Of a stretch of DNA of 64,000 nt, positions 59,516 through 64,000 are shown one piece after another; the stretch's first letter is position 1, and every line of letters begins with the position of its first letter. The notes under the pieces were generated by a model that saw only the letters and a list, made by a program, of their open reading frames with translations, was not told the DNA's origin and did no database searches. The translations under genes and the position numbers were made by a program. The DNA comes from Candidatus Wirthbacteria bacterium. GTDB taxonomy: Bacteria; Patescibacteriota; CG2-30-54-11. The stretch covers positions 45,294 to 109,293 of the forward strand of contig CAISZI010000050.1 in the NCBI GenBank assembly GCA_903889905.1. Reading direction: 5' to 3'.

Positions 59516-60586
59516 ATGTTTGTCTTGATTCCTGCCGGCGGGTCCGGCTCTCGCCTCTGGCCACTAAGCCGCAGCCATTTCCCCAAGCATCTGCTGGATC
59601 TGACCGGGCAAGGCAGCATGATCCAGGTCACGATTGATCGCATTCGCGACATTGTTCCTTTTGACCAGATTTACGTGATTACCGAGGCCAGCCACGCCGA
59701 CGCCATCCGGAAACAATTACCACAGATTCCTTCTCCCAATTTCATTGTCGAACCTGCACGACGTGAAACTGCTGCTGTGATCGGCCTGGGCACGCACTTC
59801 GTTCACCACCACGACCCCAAAGCCGTCGTTGCTTCGCTGCACGCTGACCATATCATTACCAAAGCCAAAGCCTTTCGTGAAATCCTGCAAGCCGCCGAAC
59901 AAGTGGCCACCGCACAGGACGTGATTGTCACCATCGGTATCCACCCAACCTCACCGGCAACCTGCTACGGCTACATCGCCTCGGGCAAAAATATCTTTGA
60001 AGTGGGCTCCACTGCGGTGTTCAAAGTCGACCGCTTTACCGAGAAACCCAATCTGCCCACAGCGCAGGCATTTCTGGCAGCCGGTAATTATTTCTGGAAC
60101 GCCGGCATGTTCATTGCCCGCACCGAAGTGCTGCTCCGTGCCTACCGCCAATTCGTGCCGCAGCTCGCGGACAAACTCGACGAGCTTGCCAAGTACATAG
60201 GGACGCCGCAGGAAAAGGAAATGATCCAGAAGCTCTACGTCGAACTGCCCAAAGAACCGATCGACACCGCCATCATGGAAAAAGCCGACAACATCGTCGT
60301 CATCCCGGCCGACATTGGCTGGAGCGACATCGGCAGATGGGACAGCCTCAAACAAGTCCTGCCCAACGACAGCCAGGGCAACCTGATCAAAGGCGACCAT
60401 ATTGGCATCGACACGCGCGATAGCCTTATTTATTCGTACGGCGGCCGCACCATCGGCACCATCGGCCTCCAGAACATGATCATCGTCGACAACGGCGACG
60501 CCATCCTCGTCTGCCCCATGGACAAAGCCGAACTGGTGAAGAAGTTGCTCAAGAAGGTGGAAGAAGAAAAGAAGCATTTGGCGTAA
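59516..60586 (+). CDS. manC: Mannose-1-phosphate guanylyltransferase
   Basis: AGGSGSRLWPLSR..PK, EPARRETAA, ADH, YGYI, FTEKP, WNAGMF, IDTAIMEKA, WSDIG.W. Confidence 0.92.
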   Translation: MFVLIPAGGSGSRLWPLSRSHFPKHLLDLTGQGSMIQVTIDRIRDIVPFDQIYVITEASHADAIRKQLPQIPSPNFIVEPARRETAAVIGLGTHFVHHHDPKAVVASLHADHIITKAKAFREILQAAEQVATAQDVIVTIGIHPTSPATCYGYIASGKNIFEVGSTAVFKVDRFTEKPNLPTAQAFLAAGNYFWNAGMFIARTEVLLRAYRQFVPQLADKLDELAKYIGTPQEKEMIQKLYVELPKEPIDTAIMEKADNIVVIPADIGWSDIGRWDSLKQVLPNDSQGNLIKGDHIGIDTRDSLIYSYGGRTIGTIGLQNMIIVDNGDAILVCPMDKAELVKKLLKKVEEEKKHLA

Positions 60587-60596
60587 CTCGTTTCTT

Positions 60597-60656
60597 TCCC
60601 GCTTTAAGCAGGGGAGGGGGGATTTTCTCTGTCATCCTGAGTGAAACGAAGGATCT
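60597..60656. repeat. Palindromic repeat halves (C/G-rich family and TGTCAT family)
   Basis: TCCCGCTTTAAGCAGGGGAGGGGGGATTT then TGTCATCCTGAG...GAAGGATCT. Confidence 0.5.
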
Positions 60657-60708
60657 CTACTACAAACGTATTAAATCGTTTGGTTTAACCACTTAACGAA
60701 AGTCACCC

Positions 60709-60888
60709 ATGCAATGCGAAAAATGTAAGGTGGAAATGATTAAAGGACGTATTAATGTTTCCTGGCTACCACCAAAGGTAAAAAGCCTCGGAACGGCTCT
60801 ATATCCCTTAAAAGGTGAAGAAAGAATGATCGCCTATAAATGTCCCACTTGTAGCAAAATCGAACTTTACTCCACAAATGAATATTAA
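60709..60888 (+). CDS. Small zinc-ribbon protein (59 aa), not in the ORF track
   Basis: MQCEKCKVEMIKG...AYKCPTCSKIELY: two CxxC pairs. Confidence 0.7.
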   Translation: MQCEKCKVEMIKGRINVSWLPPKVKSLGTALYPLKGEERMIAYKCPTCSKIELYSTNEY

Positions 60889-60968
60889 TTTCCATTATTG
60901 GAATCGGCCCTTTCTCCACCCATAAAGGCAATTCAAAATTGCCCCTACACCACCAACCACACAAACCA

Positions 60969-61005
60969 AAATCCCCGCCCAAGACGTTGCTCTGGACGGG
61001 GATTT
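60969..61005. terminator. Probable bidirectional terminator
   Basis: AAATCCCCG...CGGGGATTT between convergent ORFs. Confidence 0.55.
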
Positions 61006-61026
61006 GATTATCAACAAAGGATCAAA

Positions 61027-61272
61027 TTAAAAACCATCCTCGTCTGATGGACCTTGCTTTGCATTTCGATAGACTTCCCCTTCAATCTCCGCAAACCTAT
61101 CCTCGCTGACACCCAATGCCTTCACTGCAGCAATAACTCTCCGTTGTCCCCGAAGATCCGTCGGCATTCGCCTTTTAGAAACGGCTAATAATCTTAACGT
61201 CTCGGCTAATCTAAACGTCTTGGCTGCTTTTTCTTCAGAGGTCAAGGGTTGAGTTGTATTATCGTCTGCCAT
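61027..61272 (-). CDS. Small hypothetical protein
   Basis: 81 aa from ATG 61272; TATAAT upstream. Confidence 0.5.
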   Translation of the reverse strand: MADDNTTQPLTSEEKAAKTFRLAETLRLLAVSKRRMPTDLRGQRRVIAAVKALGVSEDRFAEIEGEVYRNAKQGPSDEDGF

Positions 61273-61369
61273 CTTTTTCTCACAATTAATAATTCTGGAG
61301 TCCAAATTATACAATATCCACCCAAAACTTGCTATAATCTAATCCATTCGCCCATTATGCCAGCCAAGT

Positions 61370-62461
61370 ATGTCCCCGCTTGATCCCAAATCTTATCTCC
61401 TTTGCCTCGCCCAAATTCCTGGTGTGGGGCCAGCCACACTCAACAAACTGCTGCTGACCTTTGGCTCGGCCAAAGCAGCCTGGACAGCGAGCGCGCAACA
61501 AGTGGCTGCCGCCGGTTTTCAAAACGATGTGGTTAAAAGCTGGGCTGCGACGCAAGTCGCGTTGGATCCCACTGCCGAATGGTCCAAACTCGCCGAATTC
61601 CAGACCACACTACTTACGCCCGACGACAAAACCTATCCCGACATGCTGCGTGAAATCGTACCCATGCCACCGCTACTCTTTGTCCGTGGCAAAGTGGAAC
61701 TCCTGAACACGCCCTGCATCGCCGTCGTCGGCACGCGCAAACCCACAGCCTATGGCACGCAGGTCGCGGAAACGCTGGTGGCAGAACTGGTGCAGGCGGG
61801 ACTCACGATTGTCAGCGGTTTGGCCATGGGCATTGACGCACTGGCGCACGAAACGGCTCTGAGGCAACATGGCAAAACGATTGCAGTACTCGGCTCTGGC
61901 GTGGACAGGATCACACCACAAGCCAACTTTTTCCTGGGTGAACAAATCCTCCAGGAAGGTGCCCTCGTCTCTGAATTTCCTTTGGGCAGCAATTCGGATC
62001 CGTTTCATTTTCCCCAGCGTAACCGCATCGTCAGCGGCCTCAGCCTGGGCACGTTGGTGATCGAAGCCGGCGACAAAAGCGGCACCCTGATCACCGCCGC
62101 CTGCGCCCTGGAACAAAACCGTGATGTCTTTGCCATCCCCGGCCCCATCACCAACCACAAATCCATTGGCACGCATCGCCTGATCCAGCAGGGCGCCAAG
62201 CTCGTCACCTCGGCCCAGGATATTCTGGACGAACTTAATTTGGAGCAAACCACGGCGATCATGACGGCCAAACAGGAATTACCGCAATCACCACTCGAAA
62301 AAGCCATCTACACTCTGCTCATGGAAGACAGTCAGCATCTGGATCAAATTTCCCGTACCCTCCAAAAACCCATTGCCTTGATCAGTTCCACCTTGACCCT
62401 CATGGAAATGAAAGGCATGGTACATTCTACCCGCAGCGGCGACTATTCCATTAAACGGTAA
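61370..62461 (+). CDS. dprA: DNA-processing protein DprA
   Basis: IAVVGTR, IVSGLAMGIDA.AH, FPQRNRIVSGL, VFAIPG, LIQQGAK, C-terminal LEMKG winged helix. Confidence 0.96.
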   Translation: MSPLDPKSYLLCLAQIPGVGPATLNKLLLTFGSAKAAWTASAQQVAAAGFQNDVVKSWAATQVALDPTAEWSKLAEFQTTLLTPDDKTYPDMLREIVPMPPLLFVRGKVELLNTPCIAVVGTRKPTAYGTQVAETLVAELVQAGLTIVSGLAMGIDALAHETALRQHGKTIAVLGSGVDRITPQANFFLGEQILQEGALVSEFPLGSNSDPFHFPQRNRIVSGLSLGTLVIEAGDKSGTLITAACALEQNRDVFAIPGPITNHKSIGTHRLIQQGAKLVTSAQDILDELNLEQTTAIMTAKQELPQSPLEKAIYTLLMEDSQHLDQISRTLQKPIALISSTLTLMEMKGMVHSTRSGDYSIKR

Positions 62462-62464
62462 CCC

Positions 62465-63235
62465 ATGTACATCGACACGCACGCCCACCTCACTTCCTCA
62501 CGTTTTACCAACCAAAGCGTGGCCATTGTCGACCGCGCCACCGCAGCGCAAGTCACCACCATCCTCACCATGGGCACCGACTTGCACGACAGCCGCAAAG
62601 CAATTTCCGTGGCCCAGCATTTCCCTCGCGTGTTTGCCGCTGCCGGTATTCACCCCGAAAATCTCGACCACCTGTCTGAAACCTGGCGGACGGATTTGGC
62701 AACAATGCTGCATCTGGACAAAGTCGTTGCTGTCGGTGAAATCGGTCTGGATTATGTCAATGGCAGCCCCGACCATGCTCTGCAACAAAACATTCTGATC
62801 GAGCAGATCAAACTGGCACGGGAATTAAACTTGCCCGTTATCCTGCACTGCCGCGAAGCGTTTGATGATTTGTTCAAACTTATCCAACCTTTTGCACCGC
62901 TCATGGGTGTCATGCATTCCTTTACCGGCAATGCCGCTCAAGCCAGGGAGACGATTGCCGATGGGCTCCATCTTGGTCTGAATGGCATCGTCACCTTTAG
63001 TAACGCCAAAGAATTGCAGGAAGTGACCAAGGGCATTCCCCTAACCCGCATCGTCCTCGAAACCGACTGCCCCTACCTTGCGCCCCAACCGGTACGCGGC
63101 AAATTGAACGAGCCCCAGTACATTCCGATGATCGCCACCAAAATTGCGGAGCTGCTCGAAATTCCTGTCGCCAAAGTCGCTGAGCAAACAACGGCAAATG
63201 CCAGCACACTTTTCAACTTGCCTCAATTTGAATAA
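62465..63235 (+). CDS. tatD: TatD family DNase
   Basis: IDTHAHL, GIHP, VGEIGLDY, HCREA, HSFTG, LETDCPYLAP, NEP. Confidence 0.94.
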   Translation: MYIDTHAHLTSSRFTNQSVAIVDRATAAQVTTILTMGTDLHDSRKAISVAQHFPRVFAAAGIHPENLDHLSETWRTDLATMLHLDKVVAVGEIGLDYVNGSPDHALQQNILIEQIKLARELNLPVILHCREAFDDLFKLIQPFAPLMGVMHSFTGNAAQARETIADGLHLGLNGIVTFSNAKELQEVTKGIPLTRIVLETDCPYLAPQPVRGKLNEPQYIPMIATKIAELLEIPVAKVAEQTTANASTLFNLPQFE

Positions 63236-63262
63236 AAACAACTCCTTGTCTCACAATAGTAA

Positions 63263-63379
63263 GGGTTGGCGATGATTTTGCCCGCGCAATAGACGAAGCC
63301 ATGCCCAAAACTATTCCTTTTACAACCTAACCTCCCACAACACTCAAGTTGTTTGCACGGGCAAAATCATCGCCAGCCC
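63263..63379. repeat. 27-bp inverted repeat pair (MITE-like)
   Basis: GGGTTGGCGATGATTTTGCCCGCGCAA vs reverse complement of TTGCACGGGCAAAATCATCGCCAGCCC, 25/27 match, 63-nt spacer. Confidence 0.7.
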
Positions 63380-63475
63380 GGCGCCCAAACGTGCAATCTC
63401 ACCATTTTCGAACTGTTCTGAACCCGTCCCCCAGACGTCCTTAGTGGATCAAGTAATTTCTTACCCAGTGTGCCC

Positions 63476-64000
63476 ATGGAAGACTTAGCGCTGGTCAAAG
63501 CTTTCCAGCAAGGTAAAACGTCTGCCTTCAATGCTCTCTACGACCGTTATGCCGATAACGTGTATCGTTTTGTGCGCGCCAAAACGAGCGAGAACGAAGA
63601 GGCCAAAGACATCACTCAGAATGTGTTCCTCGAGGTCATCCGAACCCTGTCCAAAGCCAAAATCACCCGCACCTTCAAAGCCTGGCTATTTGGCATAGCA
63701 GCTAACGAAGTACGCGACTTCTGGATCAAACATTACCAAATGCCAATTGATTCGATTGATCTGCTGCTCGAAAACGGACACGAAGGTCTGCTTCCCCAAA
63801 AACCAGCAACACCCAAGTCAACCAAAGCCCAGGCAGAACTGCTGCAAAAACTCTACGAACAAATTCCCCCAACCCAAGCCAGGGTCATTCACATGCGTTT
63901 TTACCAGGGGCTTACCCGCAAAGAAATTGCGGCAGAACTCCAAGTCCCCGAAGAAACCGTCAAAACCTGGCAATACCGCGCCCTCAAAGTGCTGCGCAGT
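63476..64000 (+). CDS. ECF RNA polymerase sigma factor (3' truncated by window edge)
   Basis: MEDLALVKAFQQGKTSAFNALYDRY...AKDITQNVF...FKAWLFGIAAN..RDF...EIAAELQVPEETVKTWQYRALK; not in the ORF track. Confidence 0.9.
   Translation, partial: MEDLALVKAFQQGKTSAFNALYDRYADNVYRFVRAKTSENEEAKDITQNVFLEVIRTLSKAKITRTFKAWLFGIAANEVRDFWIKHYQMPIDSIDLLLENGHEGLLPQKPATPKSTKAQAELLQKLYEQIPPTQARVIHMRFYQGLTRKEIAAELQVPEETVKTWQYRALKVLRS

Noticed and set aside
1-64000. CRISPR array, rRNA, integron or DGR
   Set aside because: No regularly spaced direct repeats, rRNA-like sequence, integrase, cas or reverse transcriptase genes were seen
1-64000. Recoded genetic code (TGA=Gly, code 25)
   Set aside because: Conserved genes such as ruvX, ytxJ and topA end at TGA at the expected lengths, and no conserved gene is interrupted by TGA

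Overview
A 64-kb bacterial chromosome segment of roughly 50% GC in standard code 11. Gene content suggests a Patescibacteria/CPR-like organism (inference): an FtsA-like/baseplate-J-like/ruvX/mltG block, many orphan ORFs with their own sigma70 promoters, and few biosynthetic genes. Housekeeping genes include ruvX, mltG, tRNA-Pro(GGG), an rlmD-like methyltransferase, mutM, ftnA, nfo, ogt, hup, rny, miaB, thrS with a T-box, rdgB, topA, eno, manC, dprA, tatD and a partial ECF sigma factor. Two loci stand out. (1) At 4.5-9.5 kb: a lysine-type KamA radical-SAM aminomutase, two paralogous ATP-grasp ligases and a SET methyltransferase. Its two transcription units carry the same three leader motifs at the same distance from their promoters. 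(2) At 33.4-38.2 kb: a bacillithiol-like module with a minimal BshC-like ligase, BshB1, a GT2 in place of BshA, an ABC half-transporter and two BrxC/YtxJ copies. Also seen: a probable 6S RNA upstream of rny, a structured 250-nt region after tRNA-Pro, an unannotated small ORF between the T-box and thrS, a RAYT transposase with GTAG-REPs, and two further dispersed palindrome families. No CRISPR array, rRNA or prophage was found. All calls come from reading motifs by eye; no searches were run.
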